Positions 21,068 through 31,304 of a DNA stretch of 64,000 bases are shown piece after piece. This DNA is from Acidobacteriota bacterium (GTDB lineage Bacteria > Acidobacteriota > UBA6911 > RPQK01 > JADFOI01). The position numbers and the translations under genes were made by a program. Where the stretch lies: NCBI GenBank assembly GCA_963663035.1, contig OY760074.1, forward strand, positions 576,001 to 640,000, in the 5' to 3' direction. How positions within the stretch are numbered: the first letter of the stretch is position 1; each line of letters starts with the position of its first letter. The notes under the pieces are model-generated. The model searched no databases, was not told where the DNA came from, and saw only the letters and a program-made list of their open reading frames with translations.

Positions 21068-21123
21068 GAATTCGGGGACAGTCCCAAGAATTCTTCCAGA
21101 GTTCGGGGACTGTCCCCGAATCC
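21068..21123. repeat. GGGGAC(A/T)GTCCC palindrome doublet (REP-like)
   Basis: TTCGGGGACAGTCCC and TTCGGGGACTGTCCCCGAA between divergent genes. Confidence 0.65.
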
Positions 21124-21161
21124 CTTGAAACTTTCTGAGGGAAGGGAATACACTCCGCTTG

Positions 21162-21887
21162 ATGCTTGTTTTCTCTCTTGTGCTCTTTTGTTCTCTTCTG
21201 CTGTCCTCCTGTGGCTCCCGTACCGTGGAGAGGAACCCGGTGACAGAACCGGGGTCCAGTCAGCAGCGTGAAGAGATGGTTGAACTCCAGCTGGAAGCTC
21301 GGGGAATTGGTCATGAGCTTGTTTTGGAGGCAATGAGAAGGGTTCCGCGTCATCTGTTCATGCCTCCTCAAGTCCGTCAATATGCCTACATCGATAGCCC
21401 CGTGCCGATTGGTGCAGATCAGACCATTTCCCAGCCCTACATTGTTGCACTGATGACTCAGATCGCTGATCCCAAGCCTCAGGATCGGGCTTTGGAAGTG
21501 GGAACGGGTTCGGGATACCAGGCGGCTGTTTTGAGTGAACTGGTTCAGGAAGTTTACACGATCGAAATCATCCCGGCTTTGGCACAAGGAGCGGAAAAGA
21601 CGCTTGCTGAACTGAGTTACGACAGGGTGGAGGTTCGCCAGGGGGATGGGTATCAGGGTTGGCCCGAGAAAGCGCCTTTTGACATCATTTTAATCACCGC
21701 CGCCCCACCGGAGATCCCTCAACCCCTTATTGACCAGCTGGCTGATGGAGGGAGGCTGGTGGTACCCCTGGGACCAGCCGGGGACATTCAAATTTTGACC
21801 TTGCTGACCAAGGTCGACGGCGAAGTCACGAGGACAGCTATCACGAGTGTTCGCTTTGTCCCCATGACTGGAGAGGCCCAGAGATAG
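21162..21887 (+). CDS. pcm: Protein-L-isoaspartate O-methyltransferase with lipoprotein-like signal
   Basis: QTISQPYIVA, LEVGTGSGYQAA, GDGYQGW, VRFVPM; N-terminal LLSSC. Confidence 0.93.
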   Translation: MLVFSLVLFCSLLLSSCGSRTVERNPVTEPGSSQQREEMVELQLEARGIGHELVLEAMRRVPRHLFMPPQVRQYAYIDSPVPIGADQTISQPYIVALMTQIADPKPQDRALEVGTGSGYQAAVLSELVQEVYTIEIIPALAQGAEKTLAELSYDRVEVRQGDGYQGWPEKAPFDIILITAAPPEIPQPLIDQLADGGRLVVPLGPAGDIQILTLLTKVDGEVTRTAITSVRFVPMTGEAQR

Positions 21888-21906
21888 GCAGGCCTGTCAA
21901 CAGAGA

Positions 21907-22800
21907 TCACCCCGCTTGAGTCAGGGCTTCGATGACGCTCTCCAGGGTTTCCTGATCTTGATAATTGATCATGTGACGGAAAATGATGCCATCAGAACCA
22001 ACGAAAAATAATGTGGGAAACACGTTCACACTTCCAAACGCTTCCCAGGTGGCCTGATCGAGATGGACGTTTTCAAAGTGTAAATCATGCTCTTGAAGAT
22101 AGGCTTCCCGTTGCTCATTGGTAGCATTCACTCCAATGACATGGTCGGCATTGAATCCGATGACCTGGAAATTGGAGGCAGAATATCGACGATCCAAGTC
22201 AGCCAGAGTAGGGGCCATCCTGATACAGGGGGGACAACCAGTAAACCAGAGATAAATCAGGACGTTCTTTCCGGCAGTATCGTTGTTTAGAATCTTCTGG
22301 CCCTGGAAGCTTGTCAGCTCAAAAGCCGGAAGGCGTTCCCCTTCCCACTGGGTGACCTTGACCTCACTCCCGCGGTACTGAATGAATGCCTCAATATTGG
22401 CGAGCTTGAGGGATTGAATTTCCCGGCTGACAGGATCTCTTTCAAACAAGGGAGGGACTTCGGGGTCTGACTCCATCACCAGCAGCAGCAGTTCCACGGC
22501 TGGAGGACTGACACCAAAGCTGGAGGCGATGTGGCGACGAGTCGGTATCTCCCCCATACTCTCGTATTCCGATTTCAGGAGGACTGGGATCTGGAAGAAG
22601 ATCTCGTACAGGCGTCCCAGGAAAGCCTTCTCCTCGGAACTGAAGCTGTCATCATTATAGAGGTCAGAAAAGAAGACCGTCCCTTGATTTTCCAGCATTT
22701 TCCGGGCACTTTCCAGAACTGTCTTCTCGGCCCCGGATTGGGCCAGGAGAGGCGCCAGCCAGAAGAGTATGAGGATGAAAATTGTTCTTCGCATAGGCAA
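21907..22800 (-). CDS. TlpA-family thiol:disulfide oxidoreductase with N-terminal extension
   Basis: WFTGCPPC, FPT cis-Pro motif, signal peptide. Confidence 0.85.
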   Translation of the reverse strand: MPMRRTIFILILFWLAPLLAQSGAEKTVLESARKMLENQGTVFFSDLYNDDSFSSEEKAFLGRLYEIFFQIPVLLKSEYESMGEIPTRRHIASSFGVSPPAVELLLLVMESDPEVPPLFERDPVSREIQSLKLANIEAFIQYRGSEVKVTQWEGERLPAFELTSFQGQKILNNDTAGKNVLIYLWFTGCPPCIRMAPTLADLDRRYSASNFQVIGFNADHVIGVNATNEQREAYLQEHDLHFENVHLDQATWEAFGSVNVFPTLFFVGSDGIIFRHMINYQDQETLESVIEALTQAG

Positions 22801-22907
22801 AGACCTTACTATCTAGCGCTGTCGAAGTCGAGAAATCCAGAAAATTCGTCCCCACCCTTTTTATCTGTATCAGAGTGGACTGCAAATCCGTATGATAGAG
22901 GAAAGAG

Positions 22908-24509
22908 ATGGGAGTCAAAGCAAGAGAGCAGCTCACTAACAAGATAGGTGAGGAGGTGATCGATGACTTGCCGTTGCTGTTGGAAGTGTTGCCTCCCCAT
23001 CTCCGCGAGACACTTGAAAAAGAGCCCGACCTGGACGAACTGGTGGAGGTTGTAGAGGACCTGGGCCGGCAACCCGAGGCTCGCTTTTTCGATAGAGTCG
23101 TCTACCTGAACGATCTGGAAGTGACCCGTCAAGACCTGGATTATGTCACCAGCCGGATAGGATTCTTTACGGGCGATAACCGTGCTGGAATTGAGCGAAC
23201 TCTGCATCGGATCAGTGCCATCCGGAATCGACTCCAGGAGATTATCGGACTGACCTGTCGAGTGGGCCGTGCGGTCACGGGTACGGTGGATATCATACGA
23301 GATGTGATCGAGACCGGAGAAAGCTTGCTGCTTTTGGGGCCGCCCGGCGTGGGCAAGACAACACTTCTTCGAGAGGCAGCCCGCGTTTTGGCGGATGAGC
23401 TGGGTAAGCGAGTCGTGGTGGTCGATACCTCCAATGAAATTGCAGGTGATGGAGATGTTCCTCATCCAGGCATTGGCAGGGCGCGTCGAATGCAGGTTTT
23501 GTCGCCGGAACTGCAGCATCGGGTGATGATTGAGGCAGTAGAGAATCATATGCCCGAGGTGATCCTGATTGACGAGATCGGAACCCGCGAGGAAGCCCTG
23601 GCAGCCAGAACCATTGCCGAGCGCGGAGTCCAGCTGATTGCCACCGCCCATGGTATTACCCTGGATAATCTGATCATGAATCCAACTCTCTCCGATCTCC
23701 TTGGGGGGATCCAGGCCGTGACTCTCTCCGATGAAGAAGCTCGAAGAAGAGGGACGCAAAAGACGGTGCTGGAACGGAAGGCTCCACCAACCTTTGATAA
23801 TCTAGTGGAAATTCAGCGTCGGGATCGTCTGGCGATTTACCATGACGGTGCAGGTGTAGTGGACCAATTCCTGGCTGGAATCCGGCTTCATCCTGAGGTG
23901 CGCATTCGCGGCGTCGATGGAGACGTCCAGATTCAAGAGGTTCCCCAAGAAGTTCCCCAAGACGTTCCCGAAGTCCTGGAGCAGGGAGCCAAGCCTACTG
24001 TTCAAGGAGAGTTTGGTTTTCGAACGAAGGGCGAGATAGTACGCATTTATCCGACAGGAGTCAGCCGGACTCGATTGGAAAAGGCGATCAGAGAATTAGG
24101 TGTGCCGGCACGAGTAGGAGATCAGCCGATTAACGCTGACGTCATCTTAAGTCTCAAAACCCAAAGAAAGCGTCAGCCCAAGAATCTGCAACAAGCTCTC
24201 CATGAGGGTGTTGAGTTCTATATCATCAAGAGCAACACTCTGATCCAGATTAAGAGTTTTCTACGGGATTATTTTCGCGAAGTTCGACAGCCTGAGGATG
24301 ATTTTGCTCCTGATTTTGGATTTGCGATACAGGAAGCGGAAGATGCGGTGATCAGAGTTCAACGCACTGGTGCTTCCTCAGAGCTGTCTGCACAGAGTCC
24401 TTATGTGCGGCGCTTGCAGCATGAGTTGGTCCACGGGCATGGGCTCTATTCTGAAAGCAAGGGTAAGGAGCATCTTCGAAGAGTCGTGGTCTTCCCACGG
24501 GAGCTTTAG
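22908..24509 (+). CDS. Ycf45/SpoIIIAA-like AAA ATPase with R3H domain
   Basis: RAGIERTLHRIS, GPPGVGKTT, DTSNEIAG, C-terminal RRLQH. Confidence 0.9.
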   Translation: MGVKAREQLTNKIGEEVIDDLPLLLEVLPPHLRETLEKEPDLDELVEVVEDLGRQPEARFFDRVVYLNDLEVTRQDLDYVTSRIGFFTGDNRAGIERTLHRISAIRNRLQEIIGLTCRVGRAVTGTVDIIRDVIETGESLLLLGPPGVGKTTLLREAARVLADELGKRVVVVDTSNEIAGDGDVPHPGIGRARRMQVLSPELQHRVMIEAVENHMPEVILIDEIGTREEALAARTIAERGVQLIATAHGITLDNLIMNPTLSDLLGGIQAVTLSDEEARRRGTQKTVLERKAPPTFDNLVEIQRRDRLAIYHDGAGVVDQFLAGIRLHPEVRIRGVDGDVQIQEVPQEVPQDVPEVLEQGAKPTVQGEFGFRTKGEIVRIYPTGVSRTRLEKAIRELGVPARVGDQPINADVILSLKTQRKRQPKNLQQALHEGVEFYIIKSNTLIQIKSFLRDYFREVRQPEDDFAPDFGFAIQEAEDAVIRVQRTGASSELSAQSPYVRRLQHELVHGHGLYSESKGKEHLRRVVVFPREL

Positions 24510-24522
24510 CCCGCACTAAGAA

Positions 24523-24597
24523 GCCCGTGGGCTAAAGCCCACGGCTCTGTTTGAGCCTCGTCAGTTCTGTCAGAGCCGCAGGCTTTAGCCTGCGGGC
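24523..24597. repeat. Inverted REP doublet (GAGCCG..GGCTTTAGCC..CGG family)
   Basis: GCCCGTGGGCTAAAGCCCACGGCTCTG ... CAGAGCCGCAGGCTTTAGCCTGCGGGC between convergent genes. Confidence 0.8.
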
Positions 24598-24619
24598 CAA
24601 GTTCTTACGAAACCAGTCC

Positions 24620-25882
24620 TTATTCTCCTTCCGAAATCTGGGCGCCAATGGAGCCAAGGCGATCCGCGACCCTTTCATAGCCTCGCTGAATCACCTCAGC
24701 GTGTTCGATGGTGGTGACGCCATCGGCACAGAGACCTGCCACAACCAGGGCCATGCCGGCGCGGATGTCAGGGGACTCCAGATGGGTTCCTCGCAACAGG
24801 GATGGTCCTTTGACCATCACCCTATGGGGATCACACATGGTGATGTCGGCTCCCATTCGAATCAGCTTGTCGATGAAGAACATCCGGGCTTCGTACATCC
24901 AGTCGTGGATCAGGCAGAGCCCCTTGCACTGAGTGGCCAGGACGATGGCCAGACTCACGAGGTCGGTCGGAAAAGAAGGCCAGAGGCCTGCGATTACCTG
25001 GGAAGGATTCTTCAGTTCGATGCCCCTCACCTGTAACACCTTGCTGCCCGTCTCCTCAAATTGAAGACCGAACTCTTCGAAGACATTCAAAAGAGGCAGG
25101 AGCTCTTCCCTTGTGACTCCATTTAGCTGAACCTCCCCTCCAGTAACCGCCGCGGCGATGGCGATAGTTCCGGCATCAATGTAGTCGGCGGGCACCTGGA
25201 AGACCAGCTCCTTTCCCTGCTCAGAGATTCCACGCCGGACACGATACCAAAGAGGGTGCAATTCAATCTCGCAGCCGAGTTTCCGGAGAAAGTCCACTAG
25301 AATCAGAACATGTGGTTCACGTGCGGGATTCTGGATGATCCCCTGGCCCAACCCGGAAAACAGTATGAGTGCATTCTCTGTTGCCGTGACTGAGCTCTCC
25401 TTGAGATACACTTGTGGCACTTCCACAGTACGGCTTTTCTCCACTTCGATTCCCTGAGGATTCTCCTTTACTGAGAAGCCGGCAGAGCGGAAAACGTCCC
25501 AGTGCACCTCAAAGGACCGTCTGCCGATGTGGCATCCACCCGGGACCGGACAGGAGACGGAATCCAGCAAAGGCGCCAGTGATCCAAGCAAAAGAATTGC
25601 CCCGCGCAGCTGTTTCACAAGGGGGGCCGGCAGGTCTCCACTTTGTAGTTTCCTGGAATCCAGAGACAGGGTCCCATCCTTCCACTGATAGCTTACATCC
25701 AGTGACTCGACTACCTGCAGGAGGTTGTTCACATCCGCAATCCGAGGGACGTTCTGGAAGTGAATGATGGACTTCGATAGTAGAGCTGCCGAAATGAGGG
25801 GAAGAGCAGCGTTCTTGTTTCCCTGTACCTGATATTGACCCGAGAGTTTATGGCGTCCAGAGATTATAAACCTCTTACTCAT
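24620..25882 (-). CDS. murA: UDP-N-acetylglucosamine 1-carboxyvinyltransferase
   Basis: GNKNAALP, PGGCHIGRR, SVTATEN, FPTD, DIRAG. Confidence 0.93.
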   Translation of the reverse strand: MSKRFIISGRHKLSGQYQVQGNKNAALPLISAALLSKSIIHFQNVPRIADVNNLLQVVESLDVSYQWKDGTLSLDSRKLQSGDLPAPLVKQLRGAILLLGSLAPLLDSVSCPVPGGCHIGRRSFEVHWDVFRSAGFSVKENPQGIEVEKSRTVEVPQVYLKESSVTATENALILFSGLGQGIIQNPAREPHVLILVDFLRKLGCEIELHPLWYRVRRGISEQGKELVFQVPADYIDAGTIAIAAAVTGGEVQLNGVTREELLPLLNVFEEFGLQFEETGSKVLQVRGIELKNPSQVIAGLWPSFPTDLVSLAIVLATQCKGLCLIHDWMYEARMFFIDKLIRMGADITMCDPHRVMVKGPSLLRGTHLESPDIRAGMALVVAGLCADGVTTIEHAEVIQRGYERVADRLGSIGAQISEGE

Positions 25883-26861
25883 CAATTTCCCTCAGGTTCT
25901 GCAGATTCGGCCAGTCTTCATGATCAACGACGAAAACCTCAGACTCCAGGCGGATCCTGAAACGCTCCCACACGCGTCCGGCGTACTCGTTTGCCAGTGT
26001 CAAGATGTCTTGGCTGGTGGCCTGGCCCAGGTTCAGAATGAGATTCCCATGATAGTCTGCAAACTGAGCATCCCCACGCTGGACTCCTTTTGCTCCCACG
26101 GCTTCCAGGAGCTTTCCCGCCGGTATCTTGCCAAACATGATGAAATCCTCTGGAATCTCCTCCAGGGCCGTTTTGGAAATCTCATCTAAGGAAATATTTT
26201 TAAAGAAACTTCCCGCGCACTTCAATCCCGCCGGGTACTTCAGCAGACGCCTCGACAGAATCTCCTCGGAAATCCCCTGGAGGGGCTCAGTGCTCTTGTT
26301 CAGACGCAATCTGCAGCTCAAAATAAACCAGTCTCGTCGCCTTTGAAGCAGGCTCGAGCGGTAGCGAAACTCCAAATCGAGGGCCGCGATCACTTGTTCC
26401 TGATTCTTTGACCAGATGCTCATTTCCACCACTGAATCACCGATCTGCTGGCCGTAGGCACCCGCGTTTCCCACCAAAGCTCCTGCAACTGTTCCGGGGA
26501 TTCCGTAGAGGCGTTCCATGCCAGACAGACTGAGCTGATTGAACCGGCGAATGGCTTCCTCCAGATTCTCGCCGCCGCCGATTTCTACTTCATCTCCATA
26601 GTGCTCCATTCCTGTGATGCGATTCTGCAGTACAAGGCCGGGAAAACCCTCATCGGAGAAAAGCACATTGCTGCCTTCGCCGAGATAAAAGATGGGGAGT
26701 CCCTGCTTGTCTGCCCAGCTTTGGGCTTCCTTCAACTGCTGAAGGTCGTGCACTTGTGCGAACCAGGACGCTTTCCCGCCGACTCTGAGTGTGCTCAGCT
26801 TGGCCAGTAATACGTCCCGACGGAGTGCCAGGGAGGAGGGGACGGGTGCCGAGTTGCTCAT
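25875..26861 (-). CDS. murB: UDP-N-acetylmuramate dehydrogenase
   Basis: GEGSNVL, IPGTVAGA..NAGAYG, AGSFFKN. Confidence 0.93.
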   Translation of the reverse strand: MSNSAPVPSSLALRRDVLLAKLSTLRVGGKASWFAQVHDLQQLKEAQSWADKQGLPIFYLGEGSNVLFSDEGFPGLVLQNRITGMEHYGDEVEIGGGENLEEAIRRFNQLSLSGMERLYGIPGTVAGALVGNAGAYGQQIGDSVVEMSIWSKNQEQVIAALDLEFRYRSSLLQRRRDWFILSCRLRLNKSTEPLQGISEEILSRRLLKYPAGLKCAGSFFKNISLDEISKTALEEIPEDFIMFGKIPAGKLLEAVGAKGVQRGDAQFADYHGNLILNLGQATSQDILTLANEYAGRVWERFRIRLESEVFVVDHEDWPNLQNLREIDE

Positions 26862-26882
26862 GGGGGAAGGTTAGCATAAGAA

Positions 26883-26975
26883 AGGAGACAGGAGACAGGA
26901 GGTAGGAGTCAGGAGGCAGGAGTCTTCGGTCAGGTGTCAGGTGTCAGGTGTCAGCGGCCTCCTACCTCCTTCTCC
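26883..26975. repeat. Heptamer array (AGGAGNC / AGGTGTC) with inverted tail
   Basis: aggagac aggagac aggaggt aggagtc aggaggc aggagtc ... aggtgtc x3 ... ctcctacctcct. Confidence 0.85.
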
Positions 26976-27047
26976 CAATTGATCTTCCTGGCCTCTACAG
27001 CTAGAATGATCAACGTAACGCAGCGTGCTTAAGGAGTGTGAAGTGCT

Positions 27048-28781
27048 ATGACGACAAGTACTGTGACAGGTAGTCAGGAGCTCAAGGGCTCGGAAATTGC
27101 GGTGGAAGCTTTGGTCAGGGAGGGTGTGGAGCTGATCTTTGGTTACCCAGGGGGAGCTTCCATGGAAATCCATCAGGCACTGACACGGGTTGATCCCAAA
27201 CACAAGCTGCGAGTGATCCTTCCCCGGCACGAGCAGGGAGCTGTTTTTGCTGCCGAGGGTTATGCCAAAGCCACGGGCAGGGTTGGAGTGGCACTGGCGA
27301 CGTCGGGACCAGGCGCCACCAACTTAATCACCGGGCTCGCGGATGCCAAGATGGATTCTGTCCCCATCGTGGCCATCACAGGCCAGGTTCCTCAGGCTAT
27401 GATCGGTAAGGATGCCTTTCAAGAGACGGATGTTGTTGGTATTAGCCGTCCCATTACGAAACACAACTATCTGGTCCAGCGGGTTGAGGAGCTCCCTCAC
27501 ATCATCAAAGAGGCCTTTTATATCGCTTCATCGGGTCGCCCAGGGCCGGTGTTAATCGATATCCCGAAGGATGTACAGCAGTCCAAGACGGTGCCCGAGT
27601 GGCCTGCCGAGATCCAGATGAAAAGTTATCGGCCCTTCATCGAAGCCAGAGGGAGGGAGCTGGAGCAGGTTGCCGAAGCGATTCGTGCTGCTCACAAGCC
27701 CATCATCTACGCGGGGAACGGTACCATCTGTTCTAACGCGTCAGAGGATCTCCTCCAATTTGTGGAAAAGACCGGGATCCCGATTGTCATGACGGTGTTA
27801 GGTTTGGGAGCCTTCCCCTCTAATCATCCTCTCTGCTTTGACATGTTGGGAATGCATGGAGCGGTCTACGCCAATTACGCTGTCAATCACGCGGATTTAC
27901 TCTTGGCCCTGGGTGTTCGCTTTGACGATCGGGTGACGGGCAAGGTTTCGGAATTTGCTAAACATGGGACGATCGTCCATGTCGATATCGATGCTTCAGA
28001 GATCAACAAGATCAAACCCGCTCACATCCCCGTCACCAGTGACGTTCGTTACCTGCTGCAGCAGTTGAACCAGATGGATCTTGGCCCAGGGGAGTATTCG
28101 GAGTGGGTGGAAGAGCTGGAGCAGGTCAAGCGGGAGAAGCCTTTTCGCTACCAGGATGACGGAAAGGAGATCATGCCCCAGTACGTTCTGGAGCTTCTTT
28201 CTGAAAAGACCCAGGGAAAGGCCATCATTACTACGGGTGTGGGACAGCATCAAATGTGGGCTGCCCAGTACTTTAAATTTCTGTATCCCCGCACCCTGTT
28301 GACTTCGGCAGGACTAGGGGCCATGGGATTTGGTTTTCCTGCTGCTTTGGGTGCCAAGCTGGGACGACCAGACTGGGAGGTTATTGACATCGACGGAGAC
28401 GGTAGTTTTCTCATGAACATCCAGGAGTTGGCCACTGCCTGCGTGGAAAACATTCCGGTAAAGGCCTTGATTCTGAACAATCAACATCTCGGCATGGTCA
28501 TGCAGTGGGAGGACCGATTCTATTCGAGCAATCGGGCTCACACCTTCCTTGGCGATCCTCGCGATCCTGAGAACATTTATCCTGATTTTGTAGCCATTGC
28601 GAAGGGATTTGGCCTTCCTGGTCGTCGCGTCACTGCCAGGGAAGAGGTTTCTGACGCTCTCGATGAGATGCTTGCGTCTGATCGATCCTACGTGCTGGAT
28701 GTGGTGATTCCTCATCAGAAACACGTTCTCCCCATGATCCCCACGGGTCATACCTTTGCTGATACGATCTACGAAGAATGA
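27048..28781 (+). CDS. ilvB: Acetolactate synthase large subunit
   Basis: FGYPGGA, RHEQGA, TSGPGATN, GVGQHQMW, GDGSFLMN. Confidence 0.95.
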   Translation: MTTSTVTGSQELKGSEIAVEALVREGVELIFGYPGGASMEIHQALTRVDPKHKLRVILPRHEQGAVFAAEGYAKATGRVGVALATSGPGATNLITGLADAKMDSVPIVAITGQVPQAMIGKDAFQETDVVGISRPITKHNYLVQRVEELPHIIKEAFYIASSGRPGPVLIDIPKDVQQSKTVPEWPAEIQMKSYRPFIEARGRELEQVAEAIRAAHKPIIYAGNGTICSNASEDLLQFVEKTGIPIVMTVLGLGAFPSNHPLCFDMLGMHGAVYANYAVNHADLLLALGVRFDDRVTGKVSEFAKHGTIVHVDIDASEINKIKPAHIPVTSDVRYLLQQLNQMDLGPGEYSEWVEELEQVKREKPFRYQDDGKEIMPQYVLELLSEKTQGKAIITTGVGQHQMWAAQYFKFLYPRTLLTSAGLGAMGFGFPAALGAKLGRPDWEVIDIDGDGSFLMNIQELATACVENIPVKALILNNQHLGMVMQWEDRFYSSNRAHTFLGDPRDPENIYPDFVAIAKGFGLPGRRVTAREEVSDALDEMLASDRSYVLDVVIPHQKHVLPMIPTGHTFADTIYEE

Positions 28782-28835
28782 GGCGCCGGGAATTCTTCGA
28801 TCATTTTCCAGCGTTGCTAGCCTGAAGGAGAGTAT

Positions 28836-29132
28836 GTGTCGGACGAATTGAAGTCGGCCTGGGAAGTCGCTCTTGAGAAAATGGAAGGGCGGGAGGATCT
28901 GGCTGTAGAAAAATTAACTGCAGAGCAGAAGGAAGCTATCCGCCAAATCCGGCAAAACTGTCAAGCCCGTCTTGCTGAAGCCGAGATCAGCACGCAAACT
29001 CAGATTAAGAAGGTTGTCGAGTCCGGTAGAATCGATGAGCTGGAAAAGATCCAGCAGCAATTGGTGGATGACAAACAGCGCTTCAATCAAGAAATGGAGC
29101 AGGAAATCGAGAAGATTCGAAAGCCAGAGTAG
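28836..29132 (+). CDS. Hypothetical coiled-coil protein
   Basis: LKSAWEVALEK start, AAGGAG RBS. Confidence 0.75.
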   Translation: MSDELKSAWEVALEKMEGREDLAVEKLTAEQKEAIRQIRQNCQARLAEAEISTQTQIKKVVESGRIDELEKIQQQLVDDKQRFNQEMEQEIEKIRKPE

Positions 29133-29136
29133 ATTG

Positions 29137-30216
29137 TCAGCGAGTCTCGGCGGGTTGTTGTTGTGTCAGACAGTGGAGGGTGCCGAGGCCCAACACCAAC
29201 AGCCTGGAGTCGATTCCGATAACTTTTCGGTCAGGAAAGAGATTCTCAAGAATGTCCGTTGCTCGGGAATCGTTTGTATGACCAAAGGTGGGCAGGAGTA
29301 CCAAGCCGTTAGCAATGTAGAAGTTTGTGTAGCTGGCTGGAAGCCGCCCATGTTCTGTTTCCAGCCGTCCTGGCATGGGGAGAGGGACAATCTCGAGAGG
29401 ACATCCATTGAAATCTCGAGCAGCTTGTAAGCGGCGATAATTCTCTTGCAGCGGCTCATAGTTTTCGTCAGAAGGATCCTCTTCGAGGGAGGAGACGATG
29501 GTGCTGGCATTGACGAATCGGGCGATGTTGTCCACGTGTCCATCTGTGTCGTCCCCGGCAATTCCATTTCCCAGCCAGAGAATCTGCTCAACCCCCAGAT
29601 AGTCCTTCAGATACTGCTCAACTTCAGACTTGGACTTGCAGGGATTGCGATTTGGATTCAAGAGACACTGTTCTGTCGTCAAACAAAGACCCTCTCCGTT
29701 GACATCGATCGAGCCTCCTTCCAAGAAGAGTTCCGGAGTAAAGCGCGGCACCTTTAGGATCGGTTCAAGTTGGGCAGGGAGTCCAGCGTCTCTCCTGAGG
29801 TCTTCATACTTGTTTCCCCAGGCGTTAAATTTCCAGTGGTTAAAGGCCAACTCAACCTTCTTCTTGGCTCGACGGAGGAGAAAATTCGGACCGTAGTCGC
29901 GGATCCAGGAGTCGATGGTCTTGATTGGATGAAAAGCAATGGACTCGCTGGCGGCATTTCTCTCACTGAGTCCGCGGCGAATGACATTCGCTACTTCCAT
30001 GTCGTCGACCAGTAAATCGAGTCGTTCCCTGGGCGCCAAGGCTGCCAGCAGGTCCAGGTAGAGTTCCTGAATCTCAGGAACTCTACCCGGCCAGGTCATC
30101 GGGTTTTTCGGCCACACCAGCCAGGTCGATTCATGAGGATGCCATTCCGGGGGCATGCTATATCCAAGGGAAGCGGGAACCTGCTGACAGGACTTAGTCA
30201 CGGGCTGTGGATTCAT
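29137..30216 (-). CDS. aguA: Agmatine deiminase
   Basis: MPPEW, WIRDYGP, LEGGSI, DTDGHVD, GTLHCLTQQQP. Confidence 0.93.
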   Translation of the reverse strand: MNPQPVTKSCQQVPASLGYSMPPEWHPHESTWLVWPKNPMTWPGRVPEIQELYLDLLAALAPRERLDLLVDDMEVANVIRRGLSERNAASESIAFHPIKTIDSWIRDYGPNFLLRRAKKKVELAFNHWKFNAWGNKYEDLRRDAGLPAQLEPILKVPRFTPELFLEGGSIDVNGEGLCLTTEQCLLNPNRNPCKSKSEVEQYLKDYLGVEQILWLGNGIAGDDTDGHVDNIARFVNASTIVSSLEEDPSDENYEPLQENYRRLQAARDFNGCPLEIVPLPMPGRLETEHGRLPASYTNFYIANGLVLLPTFGHTNDSRATDILENLFPDRKVIGIDSRLLVLGLGTLHCLTQQQPAETR

Positions 30217-31093
30217 CAAGAAAACGGGCCCTGAGACCTTGGTATGCCTCGATTCTTCGATCTCTCAGGAAAGGCCAATTTCGACGAGTTTCTTCGACTT
30301 GCTCAAGGTCGCACTCCACAACCAGGACTTCCTCTTGCTCGGCCGAAGCCTTGGCCAGGATACGCCCAAAAGGATCGCAGACAAAAGACTGTCCCCAAAA
30401 GCTGAGTGATCCCTCTTGGCCAACCCGATTGACAGCGGCGAGAAAGACTCCATTGGCCACGGCATGCCCCCGTTGAACCGTTTCCCACGCCGCACACTGA
30501 GCCTGGTTCATTTCCTCTGACTCGCCTTCCAACCATCCAATGGCAGTTGGATACAAGATCAATTGAGCTCCTTTCAAGGCGGTGAGTCTTGCCGCTTCGG
30601 GAAACCACTGGTCCCAACACACCAGAACCCCCAGCTCAACCGATGGCGTTGAAAAGCTCTGAAAGCCGAGGTCACCCGGAGTGAAGTAAAACTTTTCGTG
30701 ATAGTAGGGATCGTCGGGTATGTGCATTTTTCGATATTTGCCCAGCAGGCTACCGCTGCTATCGATGATGACGGCACTGTTGTGATAGACGCCGGGAACT
30801 CGCTTTTCGAAAAGTGAGGCGATGATCACCACTTTCAGCTCTCGGGCCAGATCACCAAGGCGCTTCGTACTGGGTCCGGGGATCTCCTCGGCCAGATCGA
30901 AGCAGGAAACATCCTCCCGTTGGCAAAAATATCGGGAGCGGAAAAGCTCCTGCAGACAAATGACCTGAGCTCCCTGAGCTGCCGCGGCCTGGATGTGCTG
31001 AGCGCTCTTGGTAAAGTTCTCTTCGAGATCTTCTGTGCAGCTCAACTGGATGAGTCCTAGGCTTACCGCCCGGCCACTCTTTGGATTGGACAC
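30194..31093 (-). CDS. aguB: N-carbamoylputrescine amidase (carbon-nitrogen hydrolase)
   Basis: LQELF, YRKMHIPDDP..EKFYF, VCWDQWFPE; adjacent to aguA. Confidence 0.88.
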   Translation of the reverse strand: MSNPKSGRAVSLGLIQLSCTEDLEENFTKSAQHIQAAAAQGAQVICLQELFRSRYFCQREDVSCFDLAEEIPGPSTKRLGDLARELKVVIIASLFEKRVPGVYHNSAVIIDSSGSLLGKYRKMHIPDDPYYHEKFYFTPGDLGFQSFSTPSVELGVLVCWDQWFPEAARLTALKGAQLILYPTAIGWLEGESEEMNQAQCAAWETVQRGHAVANGVFLAAVNRVGQEGSLSFWGQSFVCDPFGRILAKASAEQEEVLVVECDLEQVEETRRNWPFLRDRRIEAYQGLRARFLDESTARD

Positions 31094-31304
31094 TTCGCGC
31101 CGAAGTATAGCATGGTCGTTTGCGCGCCAGGCAACGGCTCAGCCGCTCTGCGGTCAGCGGTCAAGGGGTTCGCCCCTCGTTGACGCTGACAGAGGAGGTT
31201 GATATGATGCTTTCCGGTTCAGGCGGAGGGGGGGGATGGAATTTCTGGTGCTAGTGTCATTTTGGAAAATCCCTATAGGCTGGTGACAATCTTGAGGTGT
31301 TCCG

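Noticed and set aside
22809-23759. 316-aa antisense ORF, and similar ones at 327-968, 32851-33600, 42273-42887, 53938-54729
   Set aside because: Shadow ORFs opposite well-supported genes, with no recognisable motifs
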